DNA of 64,000 bases from Streptococcus sp. Its GTDB lineage: Bacteria > Bacillota > Bacilli > Lactobacillales > Streptococcaceae. The notes under the pieces were generated by a model. It did no database searches and was not told the DNA's origin. It worked only from the letters and a program-made list of their open reading frames with translations. The stretch covers positions 6,592 through 70,591 of the forward strand of contig NZ_JAWERU010000002.1 in the NCBI RefSeq assembly GCF_032481935.1. The letters run 5' to 3'. Shown here piece by piece: positions 46,001 through 55,059 of this stretch. Positions within the stretch are counted from its first letter, which is position 1. Each line of letters opens with the position of its first letter. Position numbers and translations under genes: made by a program.

Positions 46001-48410
46001 AAATCAAGGAAACAAGCTGGATCTTGATCACAATCTAGCCAAGAAAGAGGTAGTCTCTGTTATTGCCATGAAAGGGAAAGACTTTGTGACAGACCTTTCA
46101 GTGGCAGACCATATCATGGTTCATTATGCAGACCAGACCAAGGATGTATTTGCAATTACCTCGCAAAATTCTGGCTTGACTGCTATTAAGGAATACAAGA
46201 TTGCTGACTTGGATGTGCTTTATACTCCAGATATGCTGGTTAAGGACCGTTCAGCCTTAGCCAAGGAGCTAACATCTATCCTGAAAACAGTGGACTTACA
46301 GTCTGAGGGAGTTTATCGAATCCTAGATGATCAAACCACTAGCCTTGATAAGAAGGTTGAGGCAGTGCAGAATTGGTACCTAGAAGAAAGCTTTGCAGAA
46401 GTCAAAGCGCAGCTGGGAAGCCTGGTTGATAAGTTACTTACAAATCTAGACTACCAGTGGAATGATTCTCTTGCTAGAACTGCTGCCTTGAAGAAAAAAG
46501 TTCAGGATCATCAATCAGCTATCATGCTTGGTCTTGCTTATCTCAATCGTTATTACGGTGTCCGATTTGCGGATTATAATCTGAAAGAACTCATGCTTTT
46601 TAAACCAGATTTTTATGGCAAAAATGTGGATGTCTTGGATCGGTTGATTGAACTCGGTTCAAGAGAAAGTAACCTAAAAGGCGACCAGACTCATGAAACC
46701 TTTGCCAGAGTCCTAGCCAAAGATACAAAATCTGAAGATTTACATGCCTTCTTAGACTACAACAGACAGTTATTGACGACTGACAAGGATATGAATGAAT
46801 GGTTTGTGAATGCCACCAAGGACCATGTGTACATAGCAGAGCGAGCTTCGAAGAATCAAGAAATTGCAAATCGGAAGCATCGTGCTTATGACAATCTGAA
46901 TAACTGGTTGCATCGCAATATGATTCTGCCTTTGTTGAATGTAAAGAAGGCGCAGATGTTCCTGATTTCCAACTACAATACCATTACTTTCGGATCAGCT
47001 GATAAATCTGGCAAAACCATAGACCAGATGAAAGCTGACATTGATCTAGTAGCGGACCGCCAGTTGACTTACTTGGACTTCTGGTATCGACTTGCTACTG
47101 ATGAAGTTAAAGACCGTATGGTTAAGAGTGATTTTAATGTAGCTACACCAGTTTGGGAAGGTTATCGCGTTGATAGACGTGGCTGGGTAGAGCGTTATGG
47201 ACATACTAGTGGTATGGAAGACTATGCACCAATTCGAGAGGTATTTGGACCAGCAGGTCGCTACTATAAAGACAATAAACTAGGAGCCTATGCCTCTATC
47301 TATCCTAATATCAATGCCAGAGATGCTGTGCACTTTGTAGAAATAGATATGATGAGTGAGTATGGCTTGTCTGTCTACACCCATGAGACAACGCACGTCA
47401 ACGATCGTATTGTCTATCTGGGGGGATACAAACATCGTGAAGGAACCTATGTAGAAGCCTATGCTCAGGGTATGCTCCAGTCACCGGCTGAGGAAGGCCA
47501 TCAGGGTGAATATGGCGCTCTCGGGCTCAACATGGCTTACATGCGACCAAATGATGGGGATCAATGGTACAATCCAGATCCAACCAAGTTGCAAACACGT
47601 CAGCAGATTGACCACTACATGAAAGGTTATAATGAGGCTTTGATGCTTCTAGATTATCTGGAAGGAGAACGAGTTCTCGCTAAGAATGATCTGGCTTTGA
47701 AGAAGGCTTGGTTCAGCAAGATGACCAAGCAGATGCGCTATCAGGACAAGGACAATAAACTCCTTGCTCCTAATCAGTGGGACTATGTCCGTCCATTGAC
47801 AGATGAGGAAGCCAAGACTCAGCTAAATTCTGTAGATGATCTAATCAAAAATAACATCATCACCAATAGGCATTATCAGGGAACTTACCGACCAGAAGAA
47901 CTCAAGACAGCTTATGTCAATGTCAAGATGGTAGATGCTATCTACGGTGGAAATACAAGTCAGGGAGCTCCTGGAGCCATCTCCTTCAAACATAATGCTT
48001 TCCGTATGTGGGGTTATTATGGTTACGAAAATGGTTTCCTAGGCTATGCTTCTAATAAATACAAGGATGAGGCCTTAAGCGAGGGACGTGACACCCTTGG
48101 GGATGATTTCATTATCCAGAAGGTTTCGAAAGGCAAGTTCCAGAACTTGGAAGAATGGAAGAAGGCCTGGTTTGACGCTATTATTGCTAAGGCAAAACGA
48201 GGAATCCATAGTTTTGAAATTGATGGTCAGCAAATTGATTCTTATGAGAAATTGCAAGATTTGTTTGACCAAGCAGTAGAAACGGATTACCGAAACTTCA
48301 AGTATGGAGGCTCAGTTGCCAATTATACAGTAGCGCTGAAGAAAAAAGTCTTCCAAAAACTATTGCAGGTGACAGATGCATTTTCATCTGAACTCTTTCC
48401 TAAAGGATAG
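43095..48410 (+). CDS. Second M26-family surface zinc metalloprotease paralogue, 1771 aa
   Basis: Signal peptide with FAIRKLSMGVGS, an N-terminal LPQTG and two TM helices. Eight 51/55-aa repeats and one G5 domain. HETTH zinc site at 47382-47396. Collinear with gene 1 but lacks its GLUG-like segment of about 320 aa. Confidence 0.85.
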   Translation: MEDRKKLQKFAIRKLSMGVGSVLIGLAFIGGTLEPKLVQADETKQVSFHYLAESELTAAERELIHHELPQDLSQESYYLVYRKQGQAVLPQTGSVTFPLAGLGLLTASLVVFLFSKKKPSKIVGVLLIASVGKSLLLPYQVFAFEHKDLLAYDQTKTLVSADGLSQGIIDIKGYDYVGYLLESDLRGRGQDLTSSGNPEIPAKPVNQAGVHEIPEFTGGVSGDSLVEPTKPTFEGGVNGPGAVAEAIPEYTPEFSSQSGLPEVRKKPEFTGGVSGESFVESSKPSFEGGVNGPGAVAESLPEYTPEFGSQSGLPEVHEKPAFTGGVSGESLVEPTKPTFEGGVNGQGAVAEALPEYTPESSSQSGVPEVHAKPDFTGGVSGESLVEPTKPTFEGSVNGQGAVAESLPDYEGGAVPVDTLKQEIPEFTGGVSGESLVEPSKPTFEGGVNGPGTVAEDLPEYEGGAVPVDTLKQEHPEFTGGVFGESLVEPTKPTFEGGVNGQGAVAETLPEYEGGAVPVETLKQELSEFTGGVNGEPLVEPARPSYEGGVNGLGAVSEALPEYAPELSSQSGVPEVHDKSEFTGGVSGESLVEPSKPIFEGGVNGPGTVAESLPDYEGGAVPVDTLKQDTPSYSGGVNATEALIQDTNPTLHIEVRKELIPKQTREKIDPDMLVGETRIEQVGQDGEKEIVTSYEEKDGKRISEPKETTRILKEAKDQVIIRGSKEKEKIKPEPVLTLSTITGNSMGRSARLSYNLEKADGVTISKISATIKAKGLEDQTLDLTSDQLEATVDNLKLYTDYTISTRMVFNRGKGEESTLLEEKKLRLELKKLEIKDIKKTSLVKVENGKESVIQHLTEVPRNLEDYYLKINSEDHKTSRLAIKSIQTERINGKDYYKVTAEATDLIQRNAQKTFEEGYSYYLAKSSADSPTISGVKEYAYQDIQDYDSRHDQAYRNLEKLQPFYNKEWIVNQGNKLDLDHNLAKKEVVSVIAMKGKDFVTDLSVADHIMVHYADQTKDVFAITSQNSGLTAIKEYKIADLDVLYTPDMLVKDRSALAKELTSILKTVDLQSEGVYRILDDQTTSLDKKVEAVQNWYLEESFAEVKAQLGSLVDKLLTNLDYQWNDSLARTAALKKKVQDHQSAIMLGLAYLNRYYGVRFADYNLKELMLFKPDFYGKNVDVLDRLIELGSRESNLKGDQTHETFARVLAKDTKSEDLHAFLDYNRQLLTTDKDMNEWFVNATKDHVYIAERASKNQEIANRKHRAYDNLNNWLHRNMILPLLNVKKAQMFLISNYNTITFGSADKSGKTIDQMKADIDLVADRQLTYLDFWYRLATDEVKDRMVKSDFNVATPVWEGYRVDRRGWVERYGHTSGMEDYAPIREVFGPAGRYYKDNKLGAYASIYPNINARDAVHFVEIDMMSEYGLSVYTHETTHVNDRIVYLGGYKHREGTYVEAYAQGMLQSPAEEGHQGEYGALGLNMAYMRPNDGDQWYNPDPTKLQTRQQIDHYMKGYNEALMLLDYLEGERVLAKNDLALKKAWFSKMTKQMRYQDKDNKLLAPNQWDYVRPLTDEEAKTQLNSVDDLIKNNIITNRHYQGTYRPEELKTAYVNVKMVDAIYGGNTSQGAPGAISFKHNAFRMWGYYGYENGFLGYASNKYKDEALSEGRDTLGDDFIIQKVSKGKFQNLEEWKKAWFDAIIAKAKRGIHSFEIDGQQIDSYEKLQDLFDQAVETDYRNFKYGGSVANYTVALKKKVFQKLLQVTDAFSSELFPKG
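43728..45000 (+). repeat. Tandem array of eight 165/153-bp units (two alternating linker types) inside zmp gene 2
   Basis: The core is (E/D)FTGGVSGESLVEP(T/S)KPTFEGGVNG(P/Q)GAVAE.LP(E/D)Y. It is followed either by TPEFSSQSGLPEVxxKP (55-aa unit) or by EGGAVPVDTLKQE (51-aa unit). The order is L-L-L-S-S-S-L-S. Confidence 0.9.
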
Positions 48411-48498
48411 ATAAAAAGTCGGTGTGATAAAAGAGGATGCTATGTTCAGATTTTCTTAGAAAGTGACATCTACTTTATCATTCTCAAAGAATAAAATT

Positions 48499-48527
48499 GC
48501 CAGATCTCCTGTTGGGGTCTGGCTTTT
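48499..48527 (+). terminator. Terminator after zmp gene 2
   Basis: Stem GCCAGATC / GGTCTGGC followed by TTTT. Confidence 0.6.
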
Positions 48528-48543
48528 ATGGTATACTTAGGAT

Positions 48544-50265
48544 ATGCATAGAAAAACAGTGATTGATTTTAGGGCTTTGGGCGAGCGATACACCTTTACC
48601 CAGCCTATCAAAGAGTTAAAAACCAGAGATTTAGCAGAAGTAACAGACTTGTTAGCTCAAGTGGAAAGCTACCAAGAGCAGGGCTATTATGTGGTGGGTT
48701 ATGTCAGCTATGAGACTGCGCCAGCTTTTGAGGAGAAGTTGGCGGTTCACGAGGGTCCCTTGTTAGGAGAGTATCTCCTCTATTTCACTATTCATGACAG
48801 CGTTGAAAAATCTAGCATTCCTCTGACTTATGAGGAGGTGGATTTGCCGTCAAACTGGCAGGAAGTAACAGCGGCAGAGGACTATGAAAAAGCGATTGCC
48901 CAGATTCATCATCATTTACGACAGGGCGATACTTATCAGGTCAATTATACTGTTCAACTCAAGCAGGAGTTGTCTGCCAATCCTTTTGCCATCTACAATC
49001 GTATGGTGGTGGAGCAGGAGGCGGGTTACAATGCCTATGTTGAACATGACGACATGGCAGTGATTTCTATGAGTCCAGAACTCTTTTTTGAACAAAATGA
49101 TCGTGAATTGACGACTCGTCCAATGAAGGGGACGACTAAACGTGGTCTGACTGATGCTGAAGATTTGAAAGAAGCAGCTTGGTTGGAGCAGGATCCCAAA
49201 AATCGTTCAGAAAATATGATGATAGTGGACCTCTTGCGCAATGACATGAATCGTCTGTCTGAGGTGGGAAGTGAGCATGTGGAACGTTTATGTCAGGTGG
49301 AACAGTATTCAACGGTTTGGCAGATGACTTCGACCATAAAGAGTCAGTTACGACCGGATGTTGACCTAGTAGAAATCTTCCGTTCACTCTTTCCATGTGG
49401 TTCTATTACAGGAGCTCCCAAGATAGCGACTATGGAAATTATCAAGAACTTGGAACCACAAGCGCGTGGAGTTTACTGTGGAACTGTTGGACTCTTACTT
49501 CCCAATGGACGAAGGATTTTCAATGTGGCTATTCGAACCATTCAACTGCATAGAGAGCAAGCCATCTATGGAGTTGGTGGTGGCATCACTTGGGATAGTA
49601 CTTGGGAGTCAGAATACCGTGAAGTCCAGCAAAAGGCAGCTGTTCTTTACCGAAAACAGCCTCGTTTTCAACTGATTACGACAGGAAAAATCAGCCAGAA
49701 AACCTTGCTCTTTGAAAAGCAACATCTAGAAAGACTACAAAAGGCTAGTCGTTATTTTGCCTTTCCATTTGACCAAGAAGTTTTGAGACAAAAGATAAAG
49801 GAAGAGTGTCAAGCTTGTGACCTCCATCAAGACTACCGTTTGCGAATCAGTCTCAATAAGTCTGGAGAAATAGACATTGATCGACAAGTATTAACACCAC
49901 TTAGTTCTAGCTTCTGTCAGGCTAAACTTTGTCGGCAAGAAGTTGATTTGCAGCAGGCCTTTACCTACTTTAAGACGACACACCGACCACATTTGACAAC
50001 AGGAGAGCAGGAAATCATCTATCACACTGCTGGTGGAAAATTGCTTGAAACCTCTATTGGCAATCTGGTCTTAAAAATGGATGGCAAGCTCTATACACCT
50101 CCTAGTCAGCTAGGCCTGTTACCAGGGATTTATCGCCAACATTTACTTGAAAATGGGCAAGTAGAAGAGAAAATTCTGACTTTAGAAGATTTGAAGCGAG
50201 CAGAAGCCATTTATGGATGTAATGCAGTTAGGGGATTGTATGAGTTGTCTGTAAAGGAGAACTAA
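48544..50265 (+). CDS. pabB: Aminodeoxychorismate synthase component I fused to an ADC-lyase-like (class IV aminotransferase) domain
   Basis: Chorismate-binding motifs PCGSITGAPK and GGGITWDS in the N-terminal ~370 aa. The C-terminal ~200 aa has a class-IV aminotransferase-like fold signature. Confidence 0.8.
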   Translation: MHRKTVIDFRALGERYTFTQPIKELKTRDLAEVTDLLAQVESYQEQGYYVVGYVSYETAPAFEEKLAVHEGPLLGEYLLYFTIHDSVEKSSIPLTYEEVDLPSNWQEVTAAEDYEKAIAQIHHHLRQGDTYQVNYTVQLKQELSANPFAIYNRMVVEQEAGYNAYVEHDDMAVISMSPELFFEQNDRELTTRPMKGTTKRGLTDAEDLKEAAWLEQDPKNRSENMMIVDLLRNDMNRLSEVGSEHVERLCQVEQYSTVWQMTSTIKSQLRPDVDLVEIFRSLFPCGSITGAPKIATMEIIKNLEPQARGVYCGTVGLLLPNGRRIFNVAIRTIQLHREQAIYGVGGGITWDSTWESEYREVQQKAAVLYRKQPRFQLITTGKISQKTLLFEKQHLERLQKASRYFAFPFDQEVLRQKIKEECQACDLHQDYRLRISLNKSGEIDIDRQVLTPLSSSFCQAKLCRQEVDLQQAFTYFKTTHRPHLTTGEQEIIYHTAGGKLLETSIGNLVLKMDGKLYTPPSQLGLLPGIYRQHLLENGQVEEKILTLEDLKRAEAIYGCNAVRGLYELSVKEN

Positions 50266-50883
50266 ATGAAATTAATATTTTTGCACGGTTTGGGACAGTC
50301 AGCAGATAGTTGGAAAGAAGTTCAGGATTTGCTGGCAGATTATCCCTCTGAAGCCCTGGACTTATTTCCTTCAGGAGTTGGGACCTACCAAGAAGCCAAG
50401 GAACGCATTTATCAGCACTTATCAAAGGAAACAGAACCTTTTGTCTTAATCGGTTTGTCTTTAGGGGCTGCACTTGCATTGGAGCTTTCAAGTTCTGAGA
50501 TACCAAATCTTCAGGCCTTGGTTTTGTCAGGATGTCCACTGAAATTAGCAGGTAACATTCCTTTTTATATTCAGTTGCTGATATTCAAATTGCTTCCTAA
50601 GAGGATATATGAGAAGCAGGGGGCAGATAAGGCTCTTATGGTTGGAGTTTCCGAAGAATTAAAAACACTTGATTTAAGAGAGATTGCCCGGAATTGCCCC
50701 TATCCAAGCTTGTTAATTTGTGGTAGTCAGGATAAGCCTAATCTCACTTCAATGAAAAGTATTCATGAACTGATGCCAGATTCCCAGTTTCAGATCATCC
50801 CTGACGGCCCTCATGTCTTGAATAAGGCAAAACCAAAAGAGTTTGCAGAATTAACCAGAAGTTTTCTTGAATTGCTGAAATAA
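50266..50883 (+). CDS. Alpha/beta hydrolase
   Basis: Nucleophile elbow GLSLG in a fold of about 205 aa. ATG directly follows the pabB stop. Confidence 0.7.
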   Translation: MKLIFLHGLGQSADSWKEVQDLLADYPSEALDLFPSGVGTYQEAKERIYQHLSKETEPFVLIGLSLGAALALELSSSEIPNLQALVLSGCPLKLAGNIPFYIQLLIFKLLPKRIYEKQGADKALMVGVSEELKTLDLREIARNCPYPSLLICGSQDKPNLTSMKSIHELMPDSQFQIIPDGPHVLNKAKPKEFAELTRSFLELLK

Positions 50884-50932
50884 GTTTGATAAAATAATAC
50901 TGAGGTTGATATTATAATTTTAGGAGAAAATC

Positions 50933-51763
50933 ATGAACAAACGTCATTTATTAAAACTAGGCTTAGCTTCTTTACCTGCCCTAGCTTTGTTTTTACAACC
51001 TGTTGTGGCAGATGAAAGTATCCATTTTTCAAGCTGTAAGGAAGCTTGGGAGAATGGTTATGCAGATATTCATAAGGGAGAACCAGGTTATTCTGCTACC
51101 CTGGATAAGGATCATGATGGGATCGCTTGTGAATCGAAGAATGCGCCTAAGGGTGTTTTAAAAGAGAAAAAGACGAGTGCATCTCAAGCTAACAACAATG
51201 TAGCACCTACCCCAAGTGTAGCAGCTGAAAGTGGCTGGGTTCGTCAAAATGGATCTTGGTACTATTTTTCTGAGAATGGAAATCCAGTAACAAATACTTG
51301 GCAGGGGGCTTACTACCTCAAGTCAGATGGAAGAATGGCTGAGAATGAGTGGGTATACGATAACTATTACCAAGCCTGGTATTACCTCAAATCAGATGGA
51401 TCTTATGCACGCAATACTTGGCAGGGAAGTTACTATCTCAAATCAGATGGTAAGATGGCTCAGGGTGAATGGATTTATGATTCTTACTACAAAGCCTGGT
51501 ATTACTTGAAATCAGATGGATCTTATGCGCATAATATTTGGCAAGGTGCATACTACCTCAAGTCAAATGGTAAAATGGCTCAGAGTGAGTGGGTCTATGA
51601 CTCTTCTTACCAATCTTGGTACTACTTAAAATCAGATGGATCTTATGCACGCAATGCATGGCAAGGAAATTACTATTTGAAATCGGATGGTAAAATGGCT
51701 AAGAATGAGCGAGTGGATGGCGGACGCTATTATGTAGATGCTTCTGGTTTGTGGAAACCATAG
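50933..51763 (+). CDS. Secreted choline-binding protein with N-terminal Excalibur domain
   Basis: Signal peptide, then the Excalibur Ca-binding motif SCKEAW...DKDHDGIACE. About 9 choline-binding repeats follow (GxWYY / YYLKSDG). Confidence 0.85.
   Translation: MNKRHLLKLGLASLPALALFLQPVVADESIHFSSCKEAWENGYADIHKGEPGYSATLDKDHDGIACESKNAPKGVLKEKKTSASQANNNVAPTPSVAAESGWVRQNGSWYYFSENGNPVTNTWQGAYYLKSDGRMAENEWVYDNYYQAWYYLKSDGSYARNTWQGSYYLKSDGKMAQGEWIYDSYYKAWYYLKSDGSYAHNIWQGAYYLKSNGKMAQSEWVYDSSYQSWYYLKSDGSYARNAWQGNYYLKSDGKMAKNERVDGGRYYVDASGLWKP
51233..51750 (+). repeat. Choline-binding repeat array (about 120-bp double units)
   Basis: Alternating WQGxYYLKSDGKMAxxE and WVYDxxYxxWYYLKSDGSYARNx units repeated about four times. 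Confidence 0.9.
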
Positions 51764-51866
51764 AATAGAAAAAAATCTGGAAAGTTAATGCAAACCTTTG
51801 CACTGATTGGCAGATTTTGTTATACTAGTACTGTAAGCATTTTCAATTAAGGATAAGGAGAAGACG

Positions 51867-52826
51867 ATGAGTCAAAAGATTATTGGGATTGACCTTGGTG
51901 GAACTTCTATCAAGTTCGCTATTTTAACGCAAGAAGGAGAAATCCAAGAAAAATGGTCTATTAAGACTAACATTTTGGATGAAGGAAGCCATATCGTAGA
52001 TGATATGATTGAAACTATTCAACACCGTTTGGGCTTGCTTGGATTGTCTGCTGAAGATTTTCGTGGAATTGGTATGGGGTCTCCTGGTGTAGTTGACCGT
52101 GAAAAAGGGACTGTTATCGGTGCCTACAACCTCAACTGGAAAACTCTTCAACCAATCAAAGAAAAAATGGAAAAAGCCTTGGGGATTCCATTCTTCATTG
52201 ACAACGACGCCAACGTGGCAGCTCTTGGTGAGCGTTGGATGGGTGCTGGTGAAAACCAACCAGACGTTGTCTTTATGACACTTGGTACAGGTGTTGGTGG
52301 CGGTATCGTAGCAGAAGGTAAATTACTCCACGGTGTTGCTGGTGCTGCAGGTGAACTTGGACATATCACAGTTGACTTTGACCAACCAATCGCATGTACG
52401 TGTGGTAAAAAAGGCTGTCTTGAGACAGTAGCTTCAGCAACAGGGATTGTCAACTTGACTCGTCGTTATGCAGATGAATACGAAGGCGATGCAGAGTTGA
52501 AACGCTTGATTGATGACGGAGAAGAAGTAACAGCTAAAACTGTCTTTGATTTGGCAAAAGAAGGGGACGACCTTGCTTTGATCGTTTACCGTAACTTCTC
52601 ACGTTACTTGGGTATTGCATGTGCCAACATCGGTTCAATCCTTAACCCATCAACAATTGTTATCGGTGGAGGGGTATCAGCTGCAGGAGACTTCCTTCTC
52701 CAAGGCGTGCAAAAGGTTTATGATGAAAATACCTTCCCACAAGTTCGTACAACCACTAAGCTGGCTCTTGCCACTCTAGGAAATGACGCTGGAGTTATCG
52801 GAGCAGCATCACTTGTATTGCAATAA
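51867..52826 (+). CDS. glk: ROK-family glucokinase
   Basis: DLGGTSIKF ATP motif and the ROK Zn cluster CTCGKKGCLE. Confidence 0.9.
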   Translation: MSQKIIGIDLGGTSIKFAILTQEGEIQEKWSIKTNILDEGSHIVDDMIETIQHRLGLLGLSAEDFRGIGMGSPGVVDREKGTVIGAYNLNWKTLQPIKEKMEKALGIPFFIDNDANVAALGERWMGAGENQPDVVFMTLGTGVGGGIVAEGKLLHGVAGAAGELGHITVDFDQPIACTCGKKGCLETVASATGIVNLTRRYADEYEGDAELKRLIDDGEEVTAKTVFDLAKEGDDLALIVYRNFSRYLGIACANIGSILNPSTIVIGGGVSAAGDFLLQGVQKVYDENTFPQVRTTTKLALATLGNDAGVIGAASLVLQ

Positions 52827-52927
52827 ATAAACATAAAAAGGAGAAAATTGCTTTCCGTAAGCGAGTGATTTTCCTCCTTTCTTTTTTTATGCTATACTAG
52901 TTAAGACAATAATTGAGGTGAGAGTAA

Positions 52928-53767
52928 ATGACAAAAGCAGACACGATTTTTAAAGAAAATATCGAGCGAATCTTGAATGAGGGTGTGTTTTCCGAGCAAG
53001 CACGTCCCAAGTACAAGGATGGAACTGTTGCCAATTCCAAGTACGTAACGGGTGCTTTTGCAGAGTATGACTTGGCTAAGGGGGAATTTCCCATCACGAC
53101 CTTGCGCCCCATCGCAATCAAATCAGCCATCAAGGAAGTACTTTGGATCTACCAAGACCAGACCAATAGTTTGGAAGTACTCAATGACAAGTACAATGTT
53201 CACTACTGGAATGACTGGGAAGTTGGAGATACAGGGACTATTGGGGAACGTTATGGGGCTGTTGTTAAGAAGCATGACATCATTAACAAGATTCTCAAAC
53301 AGTTAGAAGCCAATCCTTGGAACCGTCGCAATATCATCTCTCTTTGGGATTACCAAGCTTTTGAGGAGACAGATGGCCTCCTTCCATGCGCCTTTCAGAC
53401 TATGTTTGATGTCCGTCGTGTAGATGGGGCTATCTATCTGGATGCGACTTTGACCCAGCGTTCTAATGATATGCTGGTGGCTCATCATATCAATGCTATG
53501 CAGTATGTGGCTCTTCAAATGATGATTGCCAAACATTTTGGATGGAAGGTTGGGAAATTCTTCTACTTTATCAATAACCTTCACATCTATGACAATCAAT
53601 TTGAACAAGCTCAGGAATTGCTTCGTCGTGAGCCTTCAAACTGCCAACCACGTTTGGTCTTGAATGTACCAGACGGGACTAACTTCTTTGATATTAAAGC
53701 AGAGGATTTTGAGCTGGTTGATTATGATCCAGTCAAGCCACAGTTGAAGTTTGACTTGGCAATTTAA
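52928..53767 (+). CDS. thyA: Thymidylate synthase
   Basis: ThyA motifs [21 protein letters not shown] (catalytic Cys) and QRSNDM. Confidence 0.93.
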   Translation: MTKADTIFKENIERILNEGVFSEQARPKYKDGTVANSKYVTGAFAEYDLAKGEFPITTLRPIAIKSAIKEVLWIYQDQTNSLEVLNDKYNVHYWNDWEVGDTGTIGERYGAVVKKHDIINKILKQLEANPWNRRNIISLWDYQAFEETDGLLPCAFQTMFDVRRVDGAIYLDATLTQRSNDMLVAHHINAMQYVALQMMIAKHFGWKVGKFFYFINNLHIYDNQFEQAQELLRREPSNCQPRLVLNVPDGTNFFDIKAEDFELVDYDPVKPQLKFDLAI

Positions 53768-53834
53768 TACTCTCTGAAAATCTCTTCAAACCACGCTAGA
53801 TTCCTAGTTTCCTATTTGGTTTTTATTGAGTATA
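53768..53834 (-). repeat. Short or degenerate BOX element (boxC joined to truncated boxA, inverted)
   Basis: TACTCTCTGAAAATCTCTTCAAACCACG ... CCTAGTTTCCTATTTGGTTTTTATTGAGTATA, starting right after the thyA stop. Confidence 0.7.
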
Positions 53835-53843
53835 AAAGAATAG

Positions 53844-53878
53844 AAAAAAAGAAGTTGAGAAAAATCTCAACTTCTTTT
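53844..53878. terminator. Bidirectional terminator between thyA and the small minus-strand gene
   Basis: A7, the 9-bp stem GAAGTTGAG / CTCAACTTC, then T4. Confidence 0.75.
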
Positions 53879-53883
53879 GTTGC

Positions 53884-54054
53884 TTAGTGTGATACGCGAC
53901 GACGCGCTGCTTTCTTACGATTTTCTTCGATGAAAGCTGCTTTTTGTTCTTCTGGTTCGATCACTTTCTTTTTAACTGCGTATACTGCACCTGCAACTGC
54001 AGCGACAGTTCCTGCAATACCTGTTACAAGACCTTTAGCGAATCCTTTAGCCAT
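53884..54054 (-). CDS. Small (56 aa) membrane-associated protein, DUF3042-like
   Basis: MAKGFAKGLVTGIAGTVAAVAGAVYAVKKKVIEPEEQKAAFIEENRKKAARRRVSH. A perfect AAGGAGGA RBS lies 6 nt upstream and a terminator lies downstream. It is below the ORF-track length cutoff. The family name is recalled and unverified. Confidence 0.75.
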   Translation of the reverse strand: MAKGFAKGLVTGIAGTVAAVAGAVYAVKKKVIEPEEQKAAFIEENRKKAARRRVSH

Positions 54055-54174
54055 GAGTATTCCTCCTTTAACTTATAAATCAGCCAGCTACCTCAAGAGG
54101 TCGTATTTTTCTGACTGACCTTTTTATGATATAATAATAGTAACGAAAAAATGGGAATTTTTCAAGGAAAAAAG

Positions 54175-55059
54175 ATGAAAACAAAAATAATTGTGATTGT
54201 TGGACCGACTGCAGTTGGAAAGACAGCTCTAGCCATTGAAGTTGCTAAGCATTTTAATGGTGAAGTAGTTAGTGGAGATAGCCAACAAGTCTATCGAGGA
54301 CTAGATATTGGGACAGCCAAGGCTAGTCCAGAGGAGCAGGCAAGTGTTCCTCATCATTTGATTGATGTGAGAGAAGTAACCGAGTCTTACTCGGCTTTTG
54401 ATTTTGTTTCAGAAGCTAAGACGGCCATTGAGGATATTCAAAGTCGAGGTAAGCTCGCTATTATTGCAGGTGGGACAGGACTTTATATCCAGAGTCTGCT
54501 AGAAGGCTATCATCTAGGTGGAGAGACACCTCATGAGGAGATTTTAGCTTATCGTGCTAGTCTAGATCCTTTTTCAGATGAGGAGTTAGCCCATCTGGTT
54601 GATCAAGCAGGCCTTGAAATTCCCCAGTTTAATCGTCGTCGTGCTATGCGTGCCTTGGAAATTGCCCATTTTGGTCAGGATTTGGAAAATCAAGAGACCT
54701 TGTATGAACCGCTGATTATCTGCTTGGACGATGAACGTAGTCAGCTTTATGAGCGTATCAATCACAGAGTGGACCTGATGTTTGAAGCTGGACTTCTAGA
54801 CGAAGCCAAATGGCTGTTTGACCATTATCCAGATGTTCAAGCTGCTAAAGGAATTGGTTACAAGGAACTCTTTCCTTATTTTCGAGGAGAGCAGTCCTTG
54901 GAAGAAGCTCGTGACAGTCTCAAACAGGCGACACGCCGTTTTGCCAAGCGCCAGCTAACCTGGTTCCGTAATCGCATGCAGGTAACCTTTTATCAGATAG
55001 GAGAATCTGGTGTAAAAGACCGTATTTTAAACCAGATTGAGGAGTTTTTAAATGATTGA
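54175..55059 (+). CDS. miaA: tRNA dimethylallyltransferase
   Basis: P-loop GPTAVGKT and the SGDSQQVY motif. ATG 54175 lies 6 nt after AAGGA. The track start at 54151 is unsupported. Confidence 0.92.
   Translation: MKTKIIVIVGPTAVGKTALAIEVAKHFNGEVVSGDSQQVYRGLDIGTAKASPEEQASVPHHLIDVREVTESYSAFDFVSEAKTAIEDIQSRGKLAIIAGGTGLYIQSLLEGYHLGGETPHEEILAYRASLDPFSDEELAHLVDQAGLEIPQFNRRRAMRALEIAHFGQDLENQETLYEPLIICLDDERSQLYERINHRVDLMFEAGLLDEAKWLFDHYPDVQAAKGIGYKELFPYFRGEQSLEEARDSLKQATRRFAKRQLTWFRNRMQVTFYQIGESGVKDRILNQIEEFLND

Noticed and set aside
53930-54118. Plus-strand 62-aa ORF from the track
   Set aside because: It is antisense to a well-supported small gene with a strong RBS and terminator. It is Ala/Thr-rich, has no RBS and runs into the miaA promoter region.
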